A stretch of 64,000 nucleotides of DNA, from assembly GCA_946404125.1 (NCBI GenBank), contig CAMJCK010000008.1:17667-81666 (forward strand). The letters run 5' to 3'. Positions within the stretch are counted from its first letter, which is position 1, and every line of letters starts with the position of its first letter. The translations under genes were made by a program, and so were the position numbers. Shown here one piece after another: positions 56,301-61,505 of the stretch. Origin of the DNA: an uncultured Bacteroidota bacterium (lineage in GTDB: Bacteria; Bacteroidota; Bacteroidia; Bacteroidales; SZUA-534). The notes under the pieces were generated by a model. It was not told the origin of the DNA. It made no database searches and was given only the letters and a program-made list of their open reading frames with translations.

Positions 56301-59281
56301 GAGCCAACATTGTGCTTGAGGGTGATGATTGCAAGGATATGTTCCAAAATTGCTCGAAACTTGTATCGGCCGATTTGCGGGGCTTCAATACTGAATATGT
56401 CGAGGATATGAGCTTTATGTTCGATGGTTGCCGGGCTCTTGCCACTCTCGATGTGAGCGGTTTCAACACAAGCAATGTGAGAACAATGTCTGATATGTTC
56501 GATGTTTGCGAAGCCATCACCAAGCTTGATTTGAGTAACTTCAACACAAGCAATGTGACCGATATGAACGATATGTTCAGGTATTGTTCGTCTCTCGAAG
56601 CTGTCGATTTGAGCAGTTTCAACACCGAGAAGGTTGAATTAATGAGTGCTATGTTCATCTGGTGCGAAAAACTTACCACGCTCGATTTGAGTAGCTTCAA
56701 CACCGCAAAAGTCTATAATTTAAGCGGTATGTTCACTGGTTGCACGGAACTCAAAACCATCTACGCCGCAAGCGAAGCCAATTGGGGTGTAAGCGACGAC
56801 CCGTATTTTGTGTCGGGTGATATGTTCAAAGATTGCTCGAAGCTAGTAGGCGGCAGCGGCACCACATTCAATAGCAGTGCCATTGATGCCACCCGCGCCC
56901 GCATTGACGGCGGTGAGGGTAATGAGGGTTACTTCACCATCAAGCCCATTAGCTACTACTACATCACCCCGGGTTTGGACGATTACACCGGCCATACCGG
57001 CCTCACAGCCGAGCAGGCTCTGCCAAATATCGATTCGGCACTTGCAAGAATAAGCGGTGAAGGTTCGGATGGCATCACATACTTTCTCAAAATTAGCGGT
57101 GGCCTCACTGGCCAACAATCCATTGGCGATACGCTCAACGGCAAGGCGAGGCGGATTGTGCTGGAGGGCGTTACAGGCAATACAGTCGACAGCCTCTATG
57201 GAAACAACGTCGGCATAGTGCTTACCGTTGCCACCTCTGTGCCAGTTGAAATTCGCAACTTAAAAATCACCGGCGGGAAGGCAGCAAAGGGCGCCGGTGT
57301 TTATGTTGATAATGCCAATGTAACTATCGGCGACGGAACGTTGATTGCCAATAATATAGCAGATGGAGACGGCGGTGGCGACGCTTTAGGCGGTGGTGTT
57401 TATGTTGGCAATGGTGGCTATGTTAGAATGACAGACGGCATAATCAGTGGTAATATAGCTGCCGGCACTGGTTTTGGTAGCAATTATGGCGCTGGTGTTT
57501 GTATTTACAGAGGTGGTACATTCACTATGGATGGAGGCGAGATAATCAACAATACATCTAAAGGAGGCATATATCTTGGGGGAAGCGGCGGCGGTGTTAT
57601 GGTTTTTCCAAGTGCAACGTTTAGTATGAATGCCGGAACAATTAGTGGCAATATAGTTGAAAATGGCAGGGACGAAGGCGGTTATGAAGGTAGTGGTAAA
57701 GGTGTTTTTGTGTTCGGTGCTCAAGCAGGAGAAGAGGGAGGCACCTTTATTATGGGCGGCAATGCACAGATAGCCAGTGATAACGATGTTTATCTGTGCG
57801 AAGGTACGGTTATCACCATTGCCAGCGTACTCGATAATATGTATGCGGGCACCATCACCCCGCAGAGTTACCCTGAGAGCTACACAACGGAGCTTCCGGT
57901 ATTTGCTTTTGCCGACGGCGTTGACGGCAAGCAGGGCGTCAAGTTCAAAGTGACACCCGAGCAGCGCGGTGGCAAAACATACTACTGGTACACCAATGGT
58001 GGAGGTAAGATTAGCAAAGACCAGTGCCGCATCAATGTGCCGAACGATGCCGCCCACCCGTATGTCCTCACTTACGACTCGGAATATAAAATTTCTTCCG
58101 ATGCTGCCGGTCACCCCGAGGTTTATATCGCTAAAGATGTTTCAGGCGTCACAACCTCACTCAGCTACTACGTAACATTGGATGGCTACAAGCGGGTTTC
58201 GCCACGATATCACAGTAGTTTTAGTATGTACAACTATAACTCTGGCGTAAAGTTCTACTATCATATCACGCTCGAGGGCGATAATTCCATCCAAAACAAC
58301 GACAGAGCACCCCTTTTCTATGGGGGAGCTGGCAATGCCGAACTGATATTCGATGCCACCTCAGCCACCGGTGGCACACTTTCGCTCTCAGTAACCGATG
58401 CCAGCAACAACGCTTTCTATCTTGAACCCGGATCGGGCACTATAAACTTCAAGGTTGCCGATGGCTGCACGTTCACCGGCACAGTTGGCGAAACAACCTA
58501 CAGCGATATTACCGAGTTCTTCAATGCTGCCAAAACAAACTCAAGCGCAAGCTTCACGGTTAAGCGCTGGGCCGTCAGCGAGAACGGCCACCAATATGTT
58601 GATTTAGGCCTTACAAGCGGCACCCTTTGGGCAACAACCAACGTGGGTGCAACAAATCCGCAGGATTACGGCGATTACATTGCTTGGAGCGAGACGGAGC
58701 CGCTCTACGCAACACTAGACCCGCTTACTTGGAGAGCAGACAAGGATACTTCGGGTTATTCGTGGGTAAACTTCACATTATCAGATGGAGATAGTGAAAA
58801 CTTTACCAAATATAATAGCACCGATGGCAAAACCATCCTCGACCCTGAAGATGATGCCGCCACCGTCAACTGGGGCAGCGGTTGGGCAACACCTACACCC
58901 GCCGAAGCTTGTGAACTTGAAAAAGAGTGCTATTGGGAGTGGACAACCAATTACAATGGTACGGGCGTTGCGGGTTACATTGTTTACAAATCAGTTGACA
59001 AGAGTAAGGACTATAATGAAATCAGCAACCAGAAAGTATCTTCGCGAAAACACGACTCTGGTCATACCTATTCACCATCAACCGACGCGCACATTTTCCT
59101 TCCAGCGGCGGGTCGTTTCACTTTCAAAACTGTGGTAGACCCATCCATCGGTTTCTTCATGACGGCTTCCCCGGGTGGTTCTGACGCACAACTTATGCAA
59201 GTTGGGTCAAGCTTAACTCAATATGGTTATGGCTATCCCCGCCGCACGGGTTTCTCGGTTCGTCCGGTGAAGAGGCCATAG
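44348..59281 (+). CDS. Giant mosaic cell-surface protein
   Basis: A single uninterrupted 14.9-kb ORF.
- Signal peptide MKKLFAKFFAVMAMAIGTAVSVFGQ.
- Conserved N-terminal module with six KAKRSGFVVTGR cores.
- Dozens of Listeria-Bacteroides (Flg_new) and InlB-B-type repeats, recognised by recurring GY.F.GW motifs.
- Two Gly-rich right-handed beta-helix-like regions (~52.8-53.9 kb and ~56.95-57.9 kb).
- DUF6273-like segment: EPIKWDI, DKLFLLNNDEA, WMLRSP, YGVVPALCL.
- FGE-sulfatase/SUMF1 motifs: RPVETVSWYDA, YRLPTEAEWEY, GNVYEWCWDW, RVTRGG.
- DUF285/BspA-type LRRs: FNTSNVTDMNDMF, about five copies.
- C-terminal FISUMP/DUF1566-like domain: GTLWATTNVGA, IFLPAAGR, GFSVRPV.
- A -7 box TATCTTTG lies at 44275-44282. 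Confidence 0.85.
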   Translation: MKKLFAKFFAVMAMAIGTAVSVFGQNGFTYQAVIRDSEGVLVTGRQVEVTFSLKHDGTVYYSEKQEVRTNEYGNIQVVVGEGEKLDGDFASVPWSTFDIKMEVSVEIDGKHTTLGEVPVQGAPYAMHAQKAGGITSKNANTKDGDALFAVNDASGNPVFAVYADGIVVYVDDTETAKAKRSGFVVTGRSATKGESTTEYFSVTAEGTQIYVDDVADKAKRSGFVVTGRSATKDGDAADYLKVGGEGTTIFIDDDSSKAKRSGFVVTGRSATKDGDEPQYFTATTEGTTVYVDDTSADKAKRSGFVVTGRSATKGGDADDYMSIDGSGTQVYVDGLDSDKAKRSGFVVTGRSASKAEEDTLFAIEGGYTRVYINDEDEDKAKRSGFVVTGRTASKDTSATNIFNVSGDGNLDILTNDFTVNDTPEETEETDTAAVQPQPGDTTGTPAPAPVIPKPKSLFTISSGNVQVGTEMVMMGDVAKTIEADTISVDTVEAEFPQIAKIVDRADTISCAPYKPFIYGNDSDSEGYTLLGIYINGSLAKITATDSRKNKVILFDADGNVIKRQRNATVAVLMPEGDTQIYIRPLKATSQTISFGLMKKNAVEPYQYVKVEAEIEASAGVPYKVRTSSNYGGQIVIDGTVAYGDQPTFEPVPMTGYKFVRWSDGSTRAKRTFTILDDFEISAEFERMSYVVAVKSDNELYGTVTGSGSGTYWHGDTLRVEAEPATGYYFSNWSGAELGDSQQSSSLALEVTSKLKLIAHFGVKQYTITFDTDGGSEIEPAVVYYQDKVTAPAEPQREGYRFLDWEPRLPKEMPAEDLTVKATWSVKQYLITFDTDGGTPVDIIDANYGEAVTTPEAPTREGHTFAGWSDSIPAVMPARDLRIKALWTVNQYTIKFDTDGGSKVDSITTDYGTKIAAPENPTKEGYTFAGWKPELPATMPAELTVCTAQWSLNAHNIIYVVDDTVYATIDSVNYGDEIEPIDAPERTGYTFSGWKFNGKDELPKTMPDSDITITGGFTVNQYTIKFETDGGSKVDSITMDYGAKVTAPENPTKEGYTFAGWKPELPATMPAELTVCTAQWSLNAHNIIYVVDDTVYATIDSVNYGDDIEPIDAPERTGYVFSGWQNVPATMPDSTVTISGWFTAGSVTLTFTDENGENPIVIAGNYGEKVKMPENPTKVGYTFAGWTPEVPATMPAEDATFKATWSVNQYTIKFETDGGSKVDSITMDYGEKIAAPENPTKEGYTFAGWDPELPETMPVNGATYTAQWTVNQYTIKFETDGGTEVDSIKMNYGASVTAPENPTKEGYTFAGWKPEIPATMPAELTICTAQWSLNSHNIIYMVEDTVYATIKDVAYGTEIEPVTIASKPGYDFSGWMLNGEDEMPKTMPDCTVVLSGKWTASDKTEYTVIVYVQNADNKEYGELPESSETYYGTTGTMTNYEPEEREGFGADVSQKEISGDGSTKIYVYYNRISYEMNWGANGGQFEEGTTMVFDTLAYGAKVAMPKSPTREGYTFAGWSDTLATMPASNVTVTAKWEINKHTITYTIDGEVYVTEKNVVYGTEIKPFDGPEREGYTFIGWKYDGKEKLPETMPDSDVLFTGTWSANDIVYVVEHLQADLSGEYTILAQRDTLTGKAGAQTDAKAESFTGFEAQTFSNIEIGTTDFETTVVINYKRLSYTLTWDANGGTIDGKSDSTQTLLFGAPIVAPTVERTGYECSGWAGLEVETMPAKNLSVMALWGAGEVIYTIEHKGEGVNGEYTIIEQNTKTGTTGEQTKAAPKEFPGFTAPASIGQQTIKADGSTVVEILYTRNSYYVIWDANGGTIDGKEADTVPVIYGATISKPTNLVRKGYSFSSWTPEVPAQMPARDTTFSAKWDTLTYSITFKDTAGSTFAMANPTAYTVNDTIVIENPEKAGYTFQGWTGGKWTTATKDIVILNDTGRIELKANWNADVTLYKVLHKYENLTTGYTVETERLSGLTGSTTTAQPQPRTGFTAPEFASIQQQTIRPGSDTTTIEIVYTRNSYDLTWKDGDETIDTEHIRFEAVVTMHSSLTLDGYTFKGWSDTLTTMPAASTTLTAVWEINQYTIAFESNGGSAVDAITADYDADVTAPANPTREGYTFKGWATTATATADDVVTIASKMPVGGATYYAVWAINQYTITYDLDGGTVATANAGDYTVVSEDITLNNPTRTGYTFAGWTGTGLSEATTEVTIAKGSTGNRTFTATWSPISYTITVTATPAEGGTATGGGSYDYDGTATLKATPATGYDFIGWDDGVTTEQRTVNITGAASYVANFTKKTFTVTASANEAEGSVTISGTAVNGKYEYGSTIAITATPATGYHFVNWNGKDELKDAETSFTVTKDSALTANFAIDQFTLTFGSTDETLGTVAAKANGKTIASGSKVDYGTEVTLTATPVAHYHFHGWNDAYSYSERTVTVSDDVEYVAAFAPDIYDITLVANNGTDDEPDEMSITYGTATTLKQNNFERPGYTFAGWALEEGGEPVFADKANLYEKDNADTWILSSTTFYAKWTANTNTPYSVVVYKQKVDGSGYDAETLQMTGTTGTEVNYEEKFTGFTLNPSEPVTISGDGDTQLEVYYLRNSYKLTWDANGGKFESGKADSVATVAYGANVEMPKTAPKKTGYTFKGWSDTLTTMPAENTTLTAVWAINKYTVITPDAYNGTVTGAGTYDYGTEVTITATPDAHYQFVSWNGNIELGGPTASFTVTKDTTLEATFEPIMYALSWDANGGSDLTGSYTIGRLPFGESISAPDAPTRAGYQFLGWATTADATEAVTVAATMPDTDVTYYAVWKLLTTLYVAPEAGSPALGTADKPFGSIADAAAAMNSDTANYTIRISGKIAGTQKLANTLNGRAKSITLCGLTGNTADSLYGNNAGTVLIDSTTVPVTVKNLKISGGNAVKGGGIIVASGATVTLESGALIGGTAGTAAASSNSACANYAQQGGGVYSEGTLILKNGSAVIYNYSDNGGGIFSSGGSLTIEDGAKVNLNGGGGIVLNGSAFAMTGGEVCNNNSSNGAGGIYILGTCPDVMTISGGTISGNSVGSDGGSGGIYYTGGKTLSISGTAVISGNHSVYEGGGIRNSSGLLALSGGTISGNYSEIAGRSGGGIAAIGSGYITISDSAYIPSGATINGTFKTGLGCNDVLQNWGSITVVGAITPSAACSNGIVANITPRNYENGNQLLALADTVTTTTLAAEVGKFRVSDTDTTDLTVWYIDAEGKLQKAEFTGTSYSKTGSTVQFGDWPQTIKAADVTVNERVALQRGYLTYYLGSDGEWYVKEAENAFSSDSHYKYSNGVQPAQGGTRYQYFKVEPIKWDIRTNNYSGAKMMLAQQMLTGNIPYYVQTESRTIDGTTVNANNYKYSTVRAYLNGSYEEGDTQPQTYNGQGFFQTAFTPALQAQILTTNVDDTLSDKLFLLNNDEASGAKSTTDYGKATNVYISANYKPNGSWMLRSPSGTTNMYIVDISLVGWGDGHTKAVNSTQYGVVPALCLEADFEVNFVTNCDTVIAKQMVERGACATEPAITREDYTLLGWYGDEACTEAFDFAGAIIRDTTLYAKWRQDFVEVGGTHFDSTAVEGSSVFISGREFAIQNLVAGTHEVTQTEYEAVMGVNPSHFNGTEGLEPSVGEIQAYRPVETVSWYDAIVYCNRRSQAEGLTACYKINGDTATANWGEVPTSNNDTWNAVTCDFEANGYRLPTEAEWEYLARGGNLTNSGQTTYSGSNSADSVAWYTDNSSSKTHEGRLKKANALGIYDMSGNVYEWCWDWFGNISKDTAATGASYGTYRVTRGGAKQNEDDRCEVSFRDNLSPFNSGDYLGLRVVRTNVSATTHTVSINAMNGSAIASQTVWKGYILSKPATPTREGYVFLGWYGTADYTKPFDFAGAITSDTTIYAKWGQYYAKVGGTLYYDKESTISAISQIYKNDTIELYSAVTAADLGKADEPNTIIYAIKYIQSQIGVTLVVPEGANIVLEGDDCKDMFQNCSKLVSADLRGFNTEYVEDMSFMFDGCRALATLDVSGFNTSNVRTMSDMFDVCEAITKLDLSNFNTSNVTDMNDMFRYCSSLEAVDLSSFNTEKVELMSAMFIWCEKLTTLDLSSFNTAKVYNLSGMFTGCTELKTIYAASEANWGVSDDPYFVSGDMFKDCSKLVGGSGTTFNSSAIDATRARIDGGEGNEGYFTIKPISYYYITPGLDDYTGHTGLTAEQALPNIDSALARISGEGSDGITYFLKISGGLTGQQSIGDTLNGKARRIVLEGVTGNTVDSLYGNNVGIVLTVATSVPVEIRNLKITGGKAAKGAGVYVDNANVTIGDGTLIANNIADGDGGGDALGGGVYVGNGGYVRMTDGIISGNIAAGTGFGSNYGAGVCIYRGGTFTMDGGEIINNTSKGGIYLGGSGGGVMVFPSATFSMNAGTISGNIVENGRDEGGYEGSGKGVFVFGAQAGEEGGTFIMGGNAQIASDNDVYLCEGTVITIASVLDNMYAGTITPQSYPESYTTELPVFAFADGVDGKQGVKFKVTPEQRGGKTYYWYTNGGGKISKDQCRINVPNDAAHPYVLTYDSEYKISSDAAGHPEVYIAKDVSGVTTSLSYYVTLDGYKRVSPRYHSSFSMYNYNSGVKFYYHITLEGDNSIQNNDRAPLFYGGAGNAELIFDATSATGGTLSLSVTDASNNAFYLEPGSGTINFKVADGCTFTGTVGETTYSDITEFFNAAKTNSSASFTVKRWAVSENGHQYVDLGLTSGTLWATTNVGATNPQDYGDYIAWSETEPLYATLDPLTWRADKDTSGYSWVNFTLSDGDSENFTKYNSTDGKTILDPEDDAATVNWGSGWATPTPAEACELEKECYWEWTTNYNGTGVAGYIVYKSVDKSKDYNEISNQKVSSRKHDSGHTYSPSTDAHIFLPAAGRFTFKTVVDPSIGFFMTASPGGSDAQLMQVGSSLTQYGYGYPRRTGFSVRPVKRP
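44876..45529 (+). repeat. Coding array of six ~40-aa repeats with the core KAKRSGFVVTGR(S/T)A(T/S)K (giant protein)
   Basis: The first 12 core residues are identical in all six copies, while codons differ (GTGGTT/GTAGTC/GTGGTG for VV; CGC/AGA/AGG for R). The spacers are variable. Confidence 0.9.
47009..47715 (+). repeat. 390-bp in-frame tandem repeat within the giant gene (two units, second truncated)
   Basis: The units start at 47009 and 47399. 47114-47265 and 47504-47655 read identically over 152 bp. More diverged copies of the same module start near 47958 and 48153. Confidence 0.85.
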
Positions 59282-59319
59282 TGCAGGCAGAAGTTTTGTT
59301 GCTTTGAAAAACGAAAATA

Positions 59320-59353
59320 GCCTCCGGGGTTGGTGCCTTGGGGGCTTTTTTTG
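59320..59353 (+). terminator. Intrinsic terminator of the giant gene
   Basis: AGCCTCCGGGG-TTGGTG-CCTTGGGGGCT (with wobbles) followed by T7. Confidence 0.65.
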
Positions 59354-59355
59354 TT

Positions 59356-59383
59356 GGGGGGGGGCGCGGGCGGGGCGCTAGGG
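59356..59383 (+). repeat. G9 homopolymer followed by GGG, GGGG, GGG tracts (G-quadruplex-capable)
   Basis: GGGGGGGGGCGCGGGCGGGGCGCTAGGG lies immediately after the giant gene's terminator. A second G-rich unit is at 59433-59465. The 17-mer TAGGG(C/T)GCAAGGCTGGG recurs at 59379 and 59448. Confidence 0.8.
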
Positions 59384-59470
59384 CGCAAGGCTGGGCGTTT
59401 TTTTTTGCAGGGCGGCTGGGGAGATCCTTCTGCGGGGCGGGTGGCGTTAGGGTGCAAGGCTGGGGCAGTT

Positions 59471-59496
59471 TTTGAATTGCGATGACGCAATTCAAA
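59471..59496. repeat. Perfect hairpin TTTGAATTGCG-ATGA-CGCAATTCAAA
   Basis: An 11-bp perfect stem with a 4-nt loop, upstream of the RayT-like gene's promoter. Confidence 0.8.
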
Positions 59497-59552
59497 GGGA
59501 CAATCAGAGGGGAAGTGGTTCATTTAGTTAGAAAAGTGCTACATTTGTAATG

Positions 59553-59608
59553 TTTGTCCGCGTCGTCGCGGACAAAGCCACGCGGACAAAGCCACGCGAA
59601 CGAAACCG
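59553..59608 (+). promoter_or_regulatory. Hairpin TTTGTCCGCG-TCGT-CGCGGACAAA overlapping a 14-bp tandem repeat (CGCGGACAAAGCCA twice plus a degenerate third copy), in the predicted 5' leader of the RayT-like gene
   Basis: A -7 box TACATTTG at 59540-59547 places the transcription start at about the hairpin foot. The tandem units are at 59567-59580, 59581-59594 and 59595-59608. Confidence 0.6.
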
Positions 59609-59650
59609 CGCTGGCAAAACACACTTTCACAAGCAAGAGGCATAGCAAAA

Positions 59651-60799
59651 ATGGCGGACAATACAGAACACAACAGACCTAAGTTTTGGAACCCCACCGA
59701 CACAAGCCGCCATCACCGAATGAACGACTGGGATTACTGCAACCGCGCCATTTACCATATTACGCTTGCCGTTGCCGGGCGGCGGCACTTGTTCGGCGAG
59801 TTGGTGGGCGACAGTGCCGATACTGCCCGGATAGAGCTCAATGAATTTGGGGTTCGGGTTTATCGGAAACTGTACGGCACACCGCAATTCTACGCGCCCA
59901 AAGGGTACTCTCTGCAACTCCTTGCCCTGAAAGTTATGCCCGACCATCTGCACTTTGTTATTTTCGCAAAGTCGCGGTTGCCCAAACCTATCGGGAACGT
60001 AGTTCGAGGTTTCAAGAGCGGTTGCTCCTCTCTTTTCAGGCGCACGTATGCCAAATGTGCCGAAAACGCCCAACAGCCAGAGCATACGCCGCCAGTGCTT
60101 GCCGGTTTTGTTCCGGTTTTTGAGGCGAATGGCGGTAGCATCTGGGAGAAGATACCGGCCGGCTATCACGAGCGCATTCTTTTCGGAAAAGGCCAGCTCC
60201 AAAATATGATAAACTACGTTCGCGACAACCCGCGCCGGCTGTGGCTGAAGAGGCATAATCCGGAGCTTTTCAGGCTGCACCGGCAGACCGAGGTGCGCGG
60301 ACTGACGTTCACCTCGCTGGGCAACCATTTCCTGCTCGACTGGCCGGTCAGGCAGTTGGTGGAGATGTCGCGCAGCGCCAGCGAGGAGCAGATTGAGGAG
60401 CGGCTGCAGGAGGTTTGGGCGGAGGCCCGCAGCGGGGCGGTGACCTACACGGCGGCCATCAGTCAGGGCGAGAAGCTGATTGCCTGCACCTTGCGCGAGC
60501 AGGGTTTTCCGCTGGTTATTCTTCTTTGCGATGGCTTCCCGGCCGCCGATTTGCCCGAGGCGCGCTATTTCAAGCCCGGCGGCCCATATTTTGAGGCTTG
60601 CGCCGATGGACGGTTGCTACTTTTGGAGCCGTCGGAGGCGGTGTTTCAGACGCCGGCCATTGTTGAGGCCACCAACCGCGCACTCCTTCAGAAATCGGAG
60701 GCCCGCCACACCAGTTATTCCGGGCTTGCCGGCGATTCGCAGCGCTACCGTTTTGTGGCGCTGAACCAGATTGGAAGATGGTTGGCAGAGGAGAGATGA
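59651..60799 (+). CDS. RayT/IS200-like HUH (Y1) transposase-fold protein fused to an unassigned ~170-aa C-terminal domain
   Basis: IYHITLAVAGRRHLF, MPDHLHFVI (the HUH motif), VVRGFKSG, and IWE...GYHERILF....L.NMINYVRDNP (catalytic Tyr context YxxxNP) follow the order of REP-associated tyrosine transposases. The C-terminal half has no transposase counterpart. Confidence 0.65.
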   Translation: MADNTEHNRPKFWNPTDTSRHHRMNDWDYCNRAIYHITLAVAGRRHLFGELVGDSADTARIELNEFGVRVYRKLYGTPQFYAPKGYSLQLLALKVMPDHLHFVIFAKSRLPKPIGNVVRGFKSGCSSLFRRTYAKCAENAQQPEHTPPVLAGFVPVFEANGGSIWEKIPAGYHERILFGKGQLQNMINYVRDNPRRLWLKRHNPELFRLHRQTEVRGLTFTSLGNHFLLDWPVRQLVEMSRSASEEQIEERLQEVWAEARSGAVTYTAAISQGEKLIACTLREQGFPLVILLCDGFPAADLPEARYFKPGGPYFEACADGRLLLLEPSEAVFQTPAIVEATNRALLQKSEARHTSYSGLAGDSQRYRFVALNQIGRWLAEER

Positions 60800-60925
60800 A
60801 AAGAAACATTGCACCCGCACTTATTTATTAATCTGTTGAAAACAAATTGCTAAATAATTTGCCATTCAATCAATAATGTATATATTTGCGTTTTGAAAAA
60901 TAAGATTAATTCAAAAATTAATTCT

Positions 60926-61411
60926 ATGAAAAGAAAATTAACCATTGCGGCTTTGCTGTTTGTTTCAGTACCCGCATTTTCTCAGTTCAAACAGAGCGAA
61001 GTTGTGGCTTCTGCTGGTGGATTTGAGGCCAATGCCAATTTTTCAATCAGCTACACCATTGGCGAACCTGTAGCCGGAACGCTAAAGGCTGGTGATTTGA
61101 TTGTTGTGCAAGGTTTCCAACAGGGTTATACTGTTAAGCAGGATGTTAGCGTTGCCGACGAGTGGGCCAACAACGTCACCATCTACCCGAACCCGGTTAG
61201 CAAAACACTGTATGTAGCTATGGATGAGGCTCCGGCAGGTGAGTGCACGGCGCGTCTTTTCGATATGACAGGCCGTTTGGTTGGCGAGAACAACTTCAAC
61301 GGCGATGTTCGTGTGTCGCTCGATGTTGAGGCTCTGCCGCAGGGAGCATACTTTGTGAAGATTTTTGTTGACGACCGTGCGGTAGTCAACCGTAAGATTA
61401 TGAAGTACTAA
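60926..61411 (+). CDS. Small secreted protein with T9SS C-terminal sorting domain
   Basis: Signal MKRKLTIAALLFVSVPAFSQ. The N-terminal motif is SAGG....SYTIGEPV......QGFQQ. The C-terminal TIYPNPVSKTLYV....GAYFVKIFVDDRAVVNRKIMKY matches the type A CTD. A TATATTTG box lies at 60881-60888. Confidence 0.8.
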   Translation: MKRKLTIAALLFVSVPAFSQFKQSEVVASAGGFEANANFSISYTIGEPVAGTLKAGDLIVVQGFQQGYTVKQDVSVADEWANNVTIYPNPVSKTLYVAMDEAPAGECTARLFDMTGRLVGENNFNGDVRVSLDVEALPQGAYFVKIFVDDRAVVNRKIMKY

Positions 61412-61505
61412 AGCCGGGAGGCCGCAAGCCGGGGCTTTTCTCACACGCTTGAGTATCACCGATTTGTGTGTCTTTGAATTCGACAATACATAAAAAATAA
61501 CTTAT

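Noticed and set aside
59193-59523. Two overlapping minus-strand ORFs (100 and 96 aa) rich in Pro, Ala and Lys.
   Set aside because: They are produced by reading the complement of the G-tract and T-run spacer. They have no promoter or start context and an implausible composition.
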